DNA from: a virus
Taxonomy: Duplodnaviria; Caudoviricetes
IMG/VR virus record: IMGVR_UViG_3300025018_000467
Coordinates: 1-27,647 of that record
Length of the DNA stretch: 27,647 nucleotides
Strand: one strand, 5' to 3'
Shown: in pieces, positions 8,841 to 17,837 of the stretch
Numbering within the stretch: the stretch's first letter is position 1
Layout of the letters: each line of letters starts with the position of its first letter
Notes under the pieces: generated by a model
The model's database searches: none
Told to the model about the DNA's origin: nothing
What the model saw: only the letters and a program-made list of their open reading frames with translations
Program-made: the position numbers and the translations under genes

Positions 8841-9068
8841 TATTGCACGACAGTTTAAATAATGCTGGAGTGTTATCAAAGACTTTATCTGATGTCTCTC
8901 AGGTCTTTTAAGCTTACTAACTGTCCAAAACTAGTCAGAGCATAGCTGCTAGAGAGGGTGTGCTTTTAGTGCGAAAAGCTAGGGTTTATCGGTCCCCTTC
9001 ATCACCGCATCTTTTTGCCTAACTCGGTTTGTTTATACTGGCTTCCCGTTATCCAGATGGGTTAGGGA

Positions 9069-9440
9069 CTAATCATCCTCTTGATTGTCCTGGTCCATGA
9101 TGTCTTCCATGACATCTTTCTTTGAAGCTATTGTAGCATCTTCGTCATCGTCTTTTTCTTGCATTATTCCCGCACCTTTACAGGCTCCTTTGAGCAGCTT
9201 CATTTCAATATGGGTTCCGTCACCATAATAGCTCTCGGTGTTTTTACCAATGATTTTTGCCTTAAAGGTAATCATGATGGTGTCGCCGACATTATATTTT
9301 TCAATATCGGGTAGGTTCTCGGAGTCAAGATTAAGTGTTGGGTAATGAGGCTTTTTCTCTTCCTCACCACAATCGCAATCTGAACTTGCTAAGCATTCAT
9401 GATGTTGTTTTGGGGTTACCCCCATGTCGATTAAGTTCAT
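9069..9440 (-). CDS. possible capsid staple/cement-like protein (123 aa)
   Basis: MNLIDM start and YPTLNLDSENLP...VGDTIMITFKAKI recall proteins annotated as capsid staple protein (from memory, unverified); acidic tail; 6 nt downstream of the 474-aa gene. Confidence 0.45.
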   Translation of the reverse strand: MNLIDMGVTPKQHHECLASSDCDCGEEEKKPHYPTLNLDSENLPDIEKYNVGDTIMITFKAKIIGKNTESYYGDGTHIEMKLLKGACKGAGIMQEKDDDEDATIASKKDVMEDIMDQDNQEDD

Positions 9441-9446
9441 AAAAGT

Positions 9447-10871
9447 TTACCTTAATTCTAGGATAATTGGTAATGTTTCCTCAACTACTGTACTCATTGT
9501 CAATTTGAAGTAATCGGTTTCGGACAATAATTGCTCTAAGGCAGTTCTTGTCAGCACATTCTCATTGATATTTCCAGAGGTATAGATGGCCTCGTCATTC
9601 TCGTTCATAATCGAAATGGTCATGGTAGGTGTACCAGTCAGCTGAGGCACGATTGCGGCAATGCTACGCATCACACCGCCACCTTTGCCAATTGGCTCGG
9701 AAGTACCAACAGTAGAGCCTCCACCAGTGAGGACTGCTCCAGCGCCATCCCAATCAAGGGTTGTTTCGTCAGTTGATTTAGCAATAGCGTTTCCAGCAGC
9801 ACCAGCAGTTCTGGCAGTGATAGTTAAGGCGTGAGCAGCCACAGTGCTTGAGCTCACCTGAGTGTTTGCAGGTGTTGCATCAACACCGCCAGCTAGGACC
9901 GCACCAGTGAAGCTAAGGGTTACTTCGTCAGTTGTAGAGTCTAAAGCATTTCCTGCAATTCCCGCATCAACTGCGGTAATAGCTAGAACATGGGTAGTGA
10001 TGTCACCAGCTTCCACTTCCGTACTTGCCACAGTGGCGCTTGAGTAAGTGGTGCCAGATCCAGCATCGCCGTTGATAGCAGCTTTTAAGTTAGCCAGAGA
10101 GCCATCGGCATCAGCGCCAATTAAAACTTTATTGGCCACAGAATCTAAACCGCCAGTTAAGAAGCCACCCGTACCATCCCAATCGAGATGTGCACCAGAT
10201 TCAGCCTTAACAAAGGCGTTACCTCCCACACCAACCTCATGGTAAGAAATGGTGATTGCGTGACTTGCTACGGCAGATGAGGTAATGAGTGTTTGAGCCT
10301 CAGTTGGGACCGAGTATTTTTCACCTCTACCAGAGTCACCATTAATGGCAGCTGCTAAGTTTCCAAGAGTAATGTCGGCAGTAGAGCCAATCATAATTTC
10401 ATTAGCTACATGGGATGAGAAGGCGGTTACAAAAGTGTAGACTTTATCGCCTAAAGTAACAGTGTCCAAAGCAGCAGGGTTTGTTTCGTCACTAGTTAGA
10501 ATACCAGTGGCAATAGCTTCGGTTAGAGCAGCAACAAATTCGTAGGTTTTAGCACCAAGAACAACTACTTTTCCAGCAGTCACATTAGTGTTGTTTGAAG
10601 TGAGATCGGTTGCGGCGGCAACAGAGGCACGGCCAGAGTTGATTAAAGAGGCCAGATTGGTTAAGGTACCATCAGCATCGGCACCAATCTCTACCTCGTA
10701 AGCAGCGCCAGTCAAGGTTGTTTTAAAGACATATTCTAGCAAACCAAGTGTCACCTTTTTGTTGTTGGTCACCTGACTGTTGTTGCTAGTGAGCACGCCA
10801 GAGGCGGCAATAGAGCTTTCATCAATTAATATGGAGAGTCGTCTAGGTACGATTGGGGTTAGTTTTTGCAT
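9447..10871 (-). CDS. probable virion surface/decoration protein with three nested repeat domains (474 aa)
   Basis: A/G/T/S-rich. Three copies each of VxLGxxxYxF, IGxxADxxLxNLxxxIN, Hx(L/I)xI...GxxGNA and L(T/A)GG. Preceded by the late-type motif. Confidence 0.7.
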   Translation of the reverse strand: MQKLTPIVPRRLSILIDESSIAASGVLTSNNSQVTNNKKVTLGLLEYVFKTTLTGAAYEVEIGADADGTLTNLASLINSGRASVAAATDLTSNNTNVTAGKVVVLGAKTYEFVAALTEAIATGILTSDETNPAALDTVTLGDKVYTFVTAFSSHVANEIMIGSTADITLGNLAAAINGDSGRGEKYSVPTEAQTLITSSAVASHAITISYHEVGVGGNAFVKAESGAHLDWDGTGGFLTGGLDSVANKVLIGADADGSLANLKAAINGDAGSGTTYSSATVASTEVEAGDITTHVLAITAVDAGIAGNALDSTTDEVTLSFTGAVLAGGVDATPANTQVSSSTVAAHALTITARTAGAAGNAIAKSTDETTLDWDGAGAVLTGGGSTVGTSEPIGKGGGVMRSIAAIVPQLTGTPTMTISIMNENDEAIYTSGNINENVLTRTALEQLLSETDYFKLTMSTVVEETLPIILELR

Positions 10872-10906
10872 ACCTTAATGAAATAATTTTATCTACCCTA
10901 TGTCAA
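10872..10906 (-). promoter_or_regulatory. late-type promoter motif copy 3
   Basis: Minus strand reads TTGACA-tagggtagatAAAATTA(17)-TTTCAT-6 nt-ATG(10871); shares AAGCTATTGACAT with copy 1. Confidence 0.75.
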
Positions 10907-11438
10907 TAGCTTGTGGCCTCAAGATCCAGAGTAAGCGTTTTGAGATTCTACTTAGCATCTCGGGCTTTTCGGCTTGCATGTAAATTTTTTGAACAGTTAA
11001 ATAGTTCGTTTTTTCTTTGATCCTCTCTAGGATACTTTCAAATTCCTCAATTGCCTCAAGGACCACAAGTTTAGGTTTCTTTGAGTCCATGATTTTTATC
11101 AAGCTGTCTGTAACTGTCGGGCTTTCCTGGCTTTCTTTAGTCAATTCATAGCCGCCAATCCCAAAGCAACACAAAACATCTATTCTTGAGTGAGCATCGT
11201 TTGCTACTTCTTCGTCAGTCATAGCGTGGAAGGTGCTTGTTTTGTTATTTTTTGGCAATCTCTCTTTCAAAATATCGTTGCCAGCATATTGGACCAATTT
11301 TGGAAGGTATTTAAGCAGTGGTGCGTGGCCACAATTTAGATCAAACACATGGGTTTCTCTGTATAGCGGATAAATATAGGGAATCGCTGCCGCAACTCTA
11401 AAATCTAATTGATTATCTAAAAGATATTCCCAACTCAT
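10893..11438 (-). CDS. class I SAM-dependent methyltransferase-like protein (181 aa)
   Basis: Motif I-like VFDLNCGHAPL followed by YAGNDI; ATGA overlap with the upstream gene. Confidence 0.65.
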   Translation of the reverse strand: MSWEYLLDNQLDFRVAAAIPYIYPLYRETHVFDLNCGHAPLLKYLPKLVQYAGNDILKERLPKNNKTSTFHAMTDEEVANDAHSRIDVLCCFGIGGYELTKESQESPTVTDSLIKIMDSKKPKLVVLEAIEEFESILERIKEKTNYLTVQKIYMQAEKPEMLSRISKRLLWILRPQAIDIG

Positions 11439-12025
11439 ATTTTTCTCCCTATGTATCTGACTAATTTCTTTTGGGGATCAACTACTAGATCAAAAATTTC
11501 ATCATACTCGATGATCTCAAACAAGTCTTTAAATGCCTCATTTAAGGTTTTTCTCTTAAAAAAGTATTGATTGTTTGGATTCCAAGCATCTTCTTGCAAA
11601 GTAATTTTATCGGTCCAAGCCACAAGAAGAATGTAGCCGCCAGGGTTTAGCACCCGATGGTACTGCTTAAGCGCTACGGGGAGTTCTTTAGTTTTTATGT
11701 GATCAATGGTTGATAGATCAAGCACAATGTCAAAAAATTCGTTTGGATAATATAGTTTTCTAATGTCGCCAAGAGCCATTGATTTCTCAAATTCTGGCAA
11801 AGCTCTTTTAGCAGCATTGACTCTTTCTTCTTGATATTCAATTCCAAGAACACTACAAGCTCTGAGGTTTCCCATGATTCCACCTTTGATTGGCGTACCT
11901 TTTTCTTCGTTATAGAGATCGGTTTTTAAGACAAGCTTAATCCTGTCTTTATGCATATTTATAACCCTTTGGCTCTCGGTCAAGTAAAATTTAAAGATGG
12001 CTGGGTAGCTTGTTAGCTTTTCCAT
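11435..12025 (-). CDS. class I SAM-dependent methyltransferase (Methyltransf_11-like, 196 aa)
   Basis: VLGIEY, GDIRKLYYPNEFFDIVLDLSTIDHI and HRVLNPGGYILL motifs; atypical motif I (LKTDLYNE). Confidence 0.85.
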   Translation of the reverse strand: MEKLTSYPAIFKFYLTESQRVINMHKDRIKLVLKTDLYNEEKGTPIKGGIMGNLRACSVLGIEYQEERVNAAKRALPEFEKSMALGDIRKLYYPNEFFDIVLDLSTIDHIKTKELPVALKQYHRVLNPGGYILLVAWTDKITLQEDAWNPNNQYFFKRKTLNEAFKDLFEIIEYDEIFDLVVDPQKKLVRYIGRKI

Positions 12026-13371
12026 AATTTGCTTCTTTCCTCAAAGGTTTTTTTATCAATCTCAAACCTAGCTCTGGCCCACATGTCTGAGTGATCAAGC
12101 TGCCTTTTATGGTTTAGCCAGTGCTCGTGCTCGACAATACTTTTAACAGCGTAAGCAAAAACATTTCTTTTTTTGGCGCTAGCGATTAGCTCGGTATCAC
12201 AAAAATTGTGTTGGTAGCCTGGATAAAAGAGAACGCCCTTAACATCAAGACAGCCAGAGTGCTCTTCAATGTATTTTCTCTCAACCAAAAAGTTGGTGCC
12301 GTTTGGATTAAATCTATCATTGACCGAGATTATCTTGTATCCTTTAGCAATGAATTGTTTTGCTTCGTATATCCAGTCTTTTCTAAAAATAATGTCATCA
12401 GATCCAGTAAAAATAAATGGCTCTTTAGTGTGTTTTAAAAGATAATTCATGCGGGTGGCGCAGCGGATGTCATCGTTTACATCAAGGACACTGGTTGCGC
12501 CATATTTTTTAGCAACGGCCAAGGTATCTTGGTTTTTAGTCATCACATAAACCTGATAATCTTCTCTGGGGGTTGATTCTTCAAGACTTTTAAGTAGCCT
12601 CTCGACCTTCTCTGGTCTATCAACTGTTGGGACAAAAATTGCAACTTTTCCAGCAGTCACATCTTTTTCTACTTCAATTGCGTTTTTAATTATCATAGTA
12701 TGCTTTTTTGGATCTGGGTGAACTGACCTTTGACCATATTCTTCTTTTTTATAAGTTTTTTCGCCTACATGGCCTACCTCAAAAGTTGGATCAATAAAAA
12801 CATCAATCCCTGCTTTTCTTAAATTAAGCATGAAGGTAACATCCTCAGACAAATCATGCTCTGGAAATGGCATTTCTTTAAGTCCAAAATCTTTTGGATC
12901 GCCATAATAAAAGAATGGTGGTTCGAGAGTTTTAAAAACATTCATGTCGATTAGCAAAAACCCTGTACCCGTGCCATCAACTTTAAATGGTTCGTCAAAA
13001 GTTGGGATGTCTTCAAGGCTTACATCGCTCATTAAATCGCCATCAATTTTTTTAATGACTGGTCTATTTACTTGCTTTTCTTTTCTGGCAAAACAAAGTC
13101 CGCCAACTACGGGAAGGTGCCTATCAACTAAGCAATCAACAGCATCGGCAGGAAAAGTCATGTCGTCATCAATAAACATTAGATGGGTGCAACCTAATTG
13201 GACCGCATCAACAACGGCTTTATTTCTGGCTCTATGAATTAAAGTTTCGATGAATTGGTATGATTGCTTATATTTGTGCTTTGCTGCCATCGCTACAAGC
13301 GATTGGAGTGTCTTAAAACTTGGGCTTCCAGTCGAGGGCATTGAGACTAAAACATGAGGAGTATTTGACAT
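12013..13371 (-). CDS. two-domain GT-A fold (GT2-like) glycosyltransferase (452 aa)
   Basis: Domain 1: RARN, HLMFIDDD, GTGFLLI, SED, GHVG. Domain 2: IFVPTVDRP, FTGSDD, FCDTEL, VEHEH. Confidence 0.9.
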   Translation of the reverse strand: MSNTPHVLVSMPSTGSPSFKTLQSLVAMAAKHKYKQSYQFIETLIHRARNKAVVDAVQLGCTHLMFIDDDMTFPADAVDCLVDRHLPVVGGLCFARKEKQVNRPVIKKIDGDLMSDVSLEDIPTFDEPFKVDGTGTGFLLIDMNVFKTLEPPFFYYGDPKDFGLKEMPFPEHDLSEDVTFMLNLRKAGIDVFIDPTFEVGHVGEKTYKKEEYGQRSVHPDPKKHTMIIKNAIEVEKDVTAGKVAIFVPTVDRPEKVERLLKSLEESTPREDYQVYVMTKNQDTLAVAKKYGATSVLDVNDDIRCATRMNYLLKHTKEPFIFTGSDDIIFRKDWIYEAKQFIAKGYKIISVNDRFNPNGTNFLVERKYIEEHSGCLDVKGVLFYPGYQHNFCDTELIASAKKRNVFAYAVKSIVEHEHWLNHKRQLDHSDMWARARFEIDKKTFEERSKLWKS

Positions 13372-13409
13372 CTATCATAACTATAACATGCGTGCTATTA
13401 TTTAGTCAA
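13372..13409. promoter_or_regulatory. overlapping divergent promoters for the glycosyltransferase operon and terminase
   Basis: Minus strand: TTGACT-18-TATAGT-8 nt-ATG(13371). Plus strand: extended -10 TGcTATTAT-7 nt-ATG(13409). No SD on either side. Confidence 0.55.
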
Positions 13410-15772
13410 TGCAAGTACCAGGTCTTCAAGAATTTGTCCAAAAATACAATCCAGGTAAGTTGCCAATTAACTGGCACCACAAGCTTTTTTACGACATTTT
13501 AGAAAATAAAGTGGTGATGAAAAATAATAAACTCACGATGAATGAGTTTACGCTTGAGGGCAAAGTAGTTGCGCCAGAAACTAAGGGCTCGGTCCCAACA
13601 AGAATCAATAAAAACATTCTAGCTCTTGCCCCTCGTTTCCACGCTAAGAGTCAATGTTTTACAATCAATTATCCACTCTGGGAAATTTATCGAAATCCAA
13701 ACATTCGTATTATGATTGTTTCGGCCAACGAAGAGATTGCGCTTTCTTTCAATCGTGCAATTATGAACCACCTCGAGAACAATCAAAAATTGATTGAGGA
13801 TTTTGAATACTTGGTTCCACAATTTCAAGACAAAAAGAAGTGGGGTGAAAAAGCCATTATCGTTAAGCGTGAGACTATGGAAAAAGATCCAACTGTTGTG
13901 GCGGTTGGTGTTGGTGGCAAAATTATTTCTCGCCGTGCAGACATCATTATCATTGACGATCTGATTGATATGGACTCGGCCAGAACTAAAACCTCGAGAA
14001 ATAAAACTCGTGAGTGGTTTGAAAATGTTTTAATTCCAATTCTTGAGGATGACGGCAGATTAATCATCGCTGGAACTGCTTGGTATAGGGGCGATATTTA
14101 CGATACCCTCTGGCAAGAATCAGAATTTGACATCCGCATGAAGCTAAAAGGCTTGATTTACGATGCCCGCTACGAAAGAGATAAACAGGTTCGCTACATT
14201 CCCTACAACATTCTTGAGTGGCCATACGCTCAGAAAGCACAAGATATTTTTTCCGAAGATATTCTCAATCGCTACAAACTTTACACGGCGCTCAAGGGTG
14301 GTACCCTTTGGCCAGACAAGTGGGATTTTAAAAAGTTGATGGCAAAAAAAAGAGGCGGCAACATGAGCATGTCGTCATTTTTGCGCCAGTATCTTAATGA
14401 GCCAACTAGCGAAGAGGAAAAAGTCTTTAAAGATACTTACCTCAAGAAAGCTCTTGATCGTGGTGCTCAAAAATCACTACTCACAAACTACGACAACATG
14501 AAGCCAGATTTTAAAAACGGCTTTGGTCATCTGGTGATTGCCATTGGCTTGGACCTTGCAATATCCAAAAAAAGCAGTGCTGATGAATCAGCAATTGCTG
14601 TCTGGGGTTTGACCGAAAAAAGAGATCGTGTGCTTTTGTGGATTGATCATGGGCGCTGGTCGCCTGATGAAACGAAACAGCGTGTTTTAGATGCTTACTA
14701 TAATTTCAAGCCAGTAAAAGTGAGAGTTGAGAGTGTGGCGTTTCAGGACATGATGCGCCAAGAACTTGGACTCGACATTCCTGTTGAGGGTTTTCATACC
14801 ACATCGGCTAAAAAGTTTAATGAAGAAACTGGTTTAGCCCACATTTCAATGTTGCTTGAGCAAGAGCGTGTGGTTATTCCAGGCTCGAGAGGCAACAAAG
14901 ATTATTACAATAAAGTTAAGCAGCTTTTAAACGAGATGGGGACCTACTCATACGATCAACACGCTGGCGATATTTTAATGGCCTCTTGGTTTGCTTTAGA
15001 TGTTCTAAAAGATTTTGACAAAAAGCTAAGAGATAATCGTGGATTTTTTGCAACGACAAGCTTGGTTGAGCAAATGAAACACATCAGAGCAGCGCATCGA
15101 GTTGTGCTACTTGGTTATCAGCCGCCAGTTTTTAAATTAGCCTACAATTCCCTGCTTTATGTTTTTAGGGAAGTGAGAATGAAGCAGCCGTTTATTGAAA
15201 GTAATGAGCCATTTATGATTATGGCTACCAGACACGACAGATCTGTTGCTTATATTTTCCAAAAAGAAACCAATCAATTAGTTGGTAAGATTGAGGGTGA
15301 CATATCAAGCATTATGTTTGCAACTCTGCTTGAGAAAGCTGGCAGATTTTTTAACAACGCTCAAATAGTTATTGATAAACATTCTGAGGGCAATGCAATT
15401 TTACTTGAGCTTAGCAATCGTAATTATCCAAATTTACTTACCATGCAACCAGGAGATGATAATTTGCCAACCTACGAAGAGGGCTTTGAAATAAGTGATA
15501 AAACCCTACCCCTAGCAATTGATTACTTTAAAAATATGGTTGATGGGCTCCACATTGAATTACCAGATGAGCAATTAGTAAAAGAGATGGGCGAGCTAAT
15601 TAGTGTTGAAGGTAATAAGCTTACAATGTCTTTTGGCGATGGCCAAAGAATTAAGACTGTTGCCACAGCTCTTTGGTTACTAGATAATTACGAGAATATG
15701 GAGAAAATGCCAGAGACTAAAAAGAAGAGAAAAAAAAGCTTTGGTCCACACTATCGTGTTTTCAGAAGATAG
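13409..15772 (+). CDS. terL: terminase large subunit with an extra C-terminal nuclease-like domain (787 aa)
   Basis: Walker A variant APRFHAKS, Walker B IIIIDD, coupling motif GTAW, QYLNEP, nuclease motifs IGLDLA / VESVAFQ / HAGDILMA; directly upstream of the portal. Confidence 0.95.
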   Translation: MQVPGLQEFVQKYNPGKLPINWHHKLFYDILENKVVMKNNKLTMNEFTLEGKVVAPETKGSVPTRINKNILALAPRFHAKSQCFTINYPLWEIYRNPNIRIMIVSANEEIALSFNRAIMNHLENNQKLIEDFEYLVPQFQDKKKWGEKAIIVKRETMEKDPTVVAVGVGGKIISRRADIIIIDDLIDMDSARTKTSRNKTREWFENVLIPILEDDGRLIIAGTAWYRGDIYDTLWQESEFDIRMKLKGLIYDARYERDKQVRYIPYNILEWPYAQKAQDIFSEDILNRYKLYTALKGGTLWPDKWDFKKLMAKKRGGNMSMSSFLRQYLNEPTSEEEKVFKDTYLKKALDRGAQKSLLTNYDNMKPDFKNGFGHLVIAIGLDLAISKKSSADESAIAVWGLTEKRDRVLLWIDHGRWSPDETKQRVLDAYYNFKPVKVRVESVAFQDMMRQELGLDIPVEGFHTTSAKKFNEETGLAHISMLLEQERVVIPGSRGNKDYYNKVKQLLNEMGTYSYDQHAGDILMASWFALDVLKDFDKKLRDNRGFFATTSLVEQMKHIRAAHRVVLLGYQPPVFKLAYNSLLYVFREVRMKQPFIESNEPFMIMATRHDRSVAYIFQKETNQLVGKIEGDISSIMFATLLEKAGRFFNNAQIVIDKHSEGNAILLELSNRNYPNLLTMQPGDDNLPTYEEGFEISDKTLPLAIDYFKNMVDGLHIELPDEQLVKEMGELISVEGNKLTMSFGDGQRIKTVATALWLLDNYENMEKMPETKKKRKKSFGPHYRVFRR

Positions 15773-15773
15773 A

Positions 15774-15813
15774 TTGACAGAGGCACTTAAAAATTATTCA
15801 ATTAAAATAACTT
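15774..15813 (+). promoter_or_regulatory. late-type promoter motif copy 4
   Basis: TTGACA-gaggcacttaAAAATTA(17)-TTCAAT-11 nt-ATG(15814). Confidence 0.75.
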
Positions 15814-17793
15814 ATGTCTGACAATTTAACACTTTTCCAAAATCGCCTAAGAAGCTCGAGAAACATTTCTGAGCCTAACTGGCAAAGAGGAATGGATAAC
15901 TATAAACATTACTTGGGCCGCTTAGATGTTGGTGGCATTAGTGAGGAAGATTATCCATATCAATCAAACATGACAGTGCCAATCTCTTACGAGATTGTTG
16001 AAACAGTTTTGCCTCGCTACATTGGCCGTGATCCAGAATTTACAACCATTGCTGTTGAACCAGACGATGCGCCGTTTGAACCAACAAGCAAGATGGCAAT
16101 TGAGATGGCTTATGAAAATCCTAAGCTTGAAATGCTTGGAGAGCCAATTTATTTAAAACTTTACAAGATGGTTAAAGAAGGTTTGATTACTGGAAACTTT
16201 GTTGGCAGACCTTTTTGGCGCAGAGAAGCCCGCAAGCGCATTTCTTATTTAGCTAACCTAGAGGAATTGGGAATTAAGGATGATGCAGATATTAAGAAAG
16301 TTTTAGGTCTAGCAGAGAAAATTAAAAAAGAGGGCGGCAGAGGACAAGTTAAGTGGAGCAAAAAATTAATTGATACCCCATTCCTAGATGACTTTGATAT
16401 TCGTCACATTCCATTTTTTCACTTCTTTGGTGATTTAGCTTTCGATATGCCTGGTCGTATGCGCTACAAGATTGAGCGTGAATACATGACCTTTGAAGAA
16501 TTGTCTGATGAGTCAACCATTTTTGGATACGACAGAGCCATAATGAATGATATTGCCGATTTAGTTAAGGGTGGCAAATCTGGCTTTACCTCAGAAATTG
16601 GTAAAGACTTTTTACAAGATTACCAAAATCTGTTTAGCAATGCGGTCCATCCGCTAGCGACTTCAACTGACGACAATAAAATTCCTTTACTCTTAGTTGA
16701 TAAGATGTGGACTGGCGATAGAGTCGCAGTTTTTGTCAACGAAAAATATAATTTGACTGGCGACAATGGAATCAGAAATCCTTACGATGTGATGGTTGAT
16801 CCATTTATTTTTGGTGCCGATGTGGTCATGCCTCATAGCTATTTTGCTTGGGGTGAAATTGATGCTATCAGAAAACTTGAAGATGGCATTACTGATGTGC
16901 TCAACATGCGCTTTGATAACTTGCTTCAATCCATGCTTAACTACTGGCTCTACAATCCGAAGTTTACTGGAGGCGATCAGTTCGTGCCAGTTCCAAATTC
17001 GGTGACAGCCGTTGGCGACATTGATCGTGCAGTTAAAATGGTTAGCGGCAAAGATGTCACTGGCACTGCTTACAAAGAAGCAGAAGAGCTAATTGGCATT
17101 GTTCAGCGTGTTACTGGTGTCAATGATTATGTCAAAGGATCTGAGGGTGAAACATTGGCTGGCCGAACTTATGGTGGTCTTAGATTGGTCCAAGAAATGG
17201 CAAACGCAAGATTCATTGTTAAGTCAAGATTGTTTGAGAAACTAACTCTTAAGGCTCTTGGTTACTTTATGCTTGAGATGAGCAGACAATTTATCAATAA
17301 AGATCGTATCCGCCGTATGGCTGGTGAAATCGAAGCGGTTGATGAAAAAACCTTGAGTGCTGGAGAATTGAAGCAAATTAAAGGCTTCATGGATATTAAA
17401 GTGATTCCAAACTCTTCAAGAGTTATTGATGAACAGGCTGAGGCAATGAAGTTAAATGCTGTTGCTGATAGGTTTGTTTCTGGCAAAGGACCATTCCAAA
17501 ATGTGCCGCCAGAAGTTTATGAGAAGTTTTTATTGCTTTATTTGCAAAAATATGGCATTCACGATGCTTATTATTGGGTTAGAGCGATCAGAGAAAATCG
17601 TTTGAAAGCAACTAAGAATCCAGCTCAGCCAGGAGTTCAAGCAGACGGCGCTAGTGCCGCAGCTGATGCTTTGATGGGCGGGGGTGTTACTCAACCAATA
17701 GTGCAATCAGATAGAATCTCTAATCAAGTTCCACCTCTTGATCAAATAATGGCTGCTGAGACATCTGCTCCACCAATGGAAGTTCCAGCCTAA
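15814..17793 (+). CDS. portal protein (P22-like podovirus type, 659 aa)
   Basis: Position after terL, size, and motifs NMRFDNL, QRVTGVNDYVKG, TYGGLRLVQEMANARF. Confidence 0.9.
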   Translation: MSDNLTLFQNRLRSSRNISEPNWQRGMDNYKHYLGRLDVGGISEEDYPYQSNMTVPISYEIVETVLPRYIGRDPEFTTIAVEPDDAPFEPTSKMAIEMAYENPKLEMLGEPIYLKLYKMVKEGLITGNFVGRPFWRREARKRISYLANLEELGIKDDADIKKVLGLAEKIKKEGGRGQVKWSKKLIDTPFLDDFDIRHIPFFHFFGDLAFDMPGRMRYKIEREYMTFEELSDESTIFGYDRAIMNDIADLVKGGKSGFTSEIGKDFLQDYQNLFSNAVHPLATSTDDNKIPLLLVDKMWTGDRVAVFVNEKYNLTGDNGIRNPYDVMVDPFIFGADVVMPHSYFAWGEIDAIRKLEDGITDVLNMRFDNLLQSMLNYWLYNPKFTGGDQFVPVPNSVTAVGDIDRAVKMVSGKDVTGTAYKEAEELIGIVQRVTGVNDYVKGSEGETLAGRTYGGLRLVQEMANARFIVKSRLFEKLTLKALGYFMLEMSRQFINKDRIRRMAGEIEAVDEKTLSAGELKQIKGFMDIKVIPNSSRVIDEQAEAMKLNAVADRFVSGKGPFQNVPPEVYEKFLLLYLQKYGIHDAYYWVRAIRENRLKATKNPAQPGVQADGASAAADALMGGGVTQPIVQSDRISNQVPPLDQIMAAETSAPPMEVPA

Positions 17794-17796
17794 CAC

Positions 17797-17825
17797 TTGA
17801 TTTTATTTGAGTTATCTCGTACTAT
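17797..17825 (+). promoter_or_regulatory. possible sigma70 promoter
   Basis: TTGATT-17-TACTAT immediately after the portal stop. Confidence 0.5.
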
Positions 17826-17837
17826 AAATAGTATGGT

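Noticed and set aside
10893-12025. Methyltransferases as DNA (restriction-modification) methylases
   Set aside because: No DPPY/NPPY or PCQ catalytic motifs; the motifs fit small-molecule or sugar class I methyltransferases.
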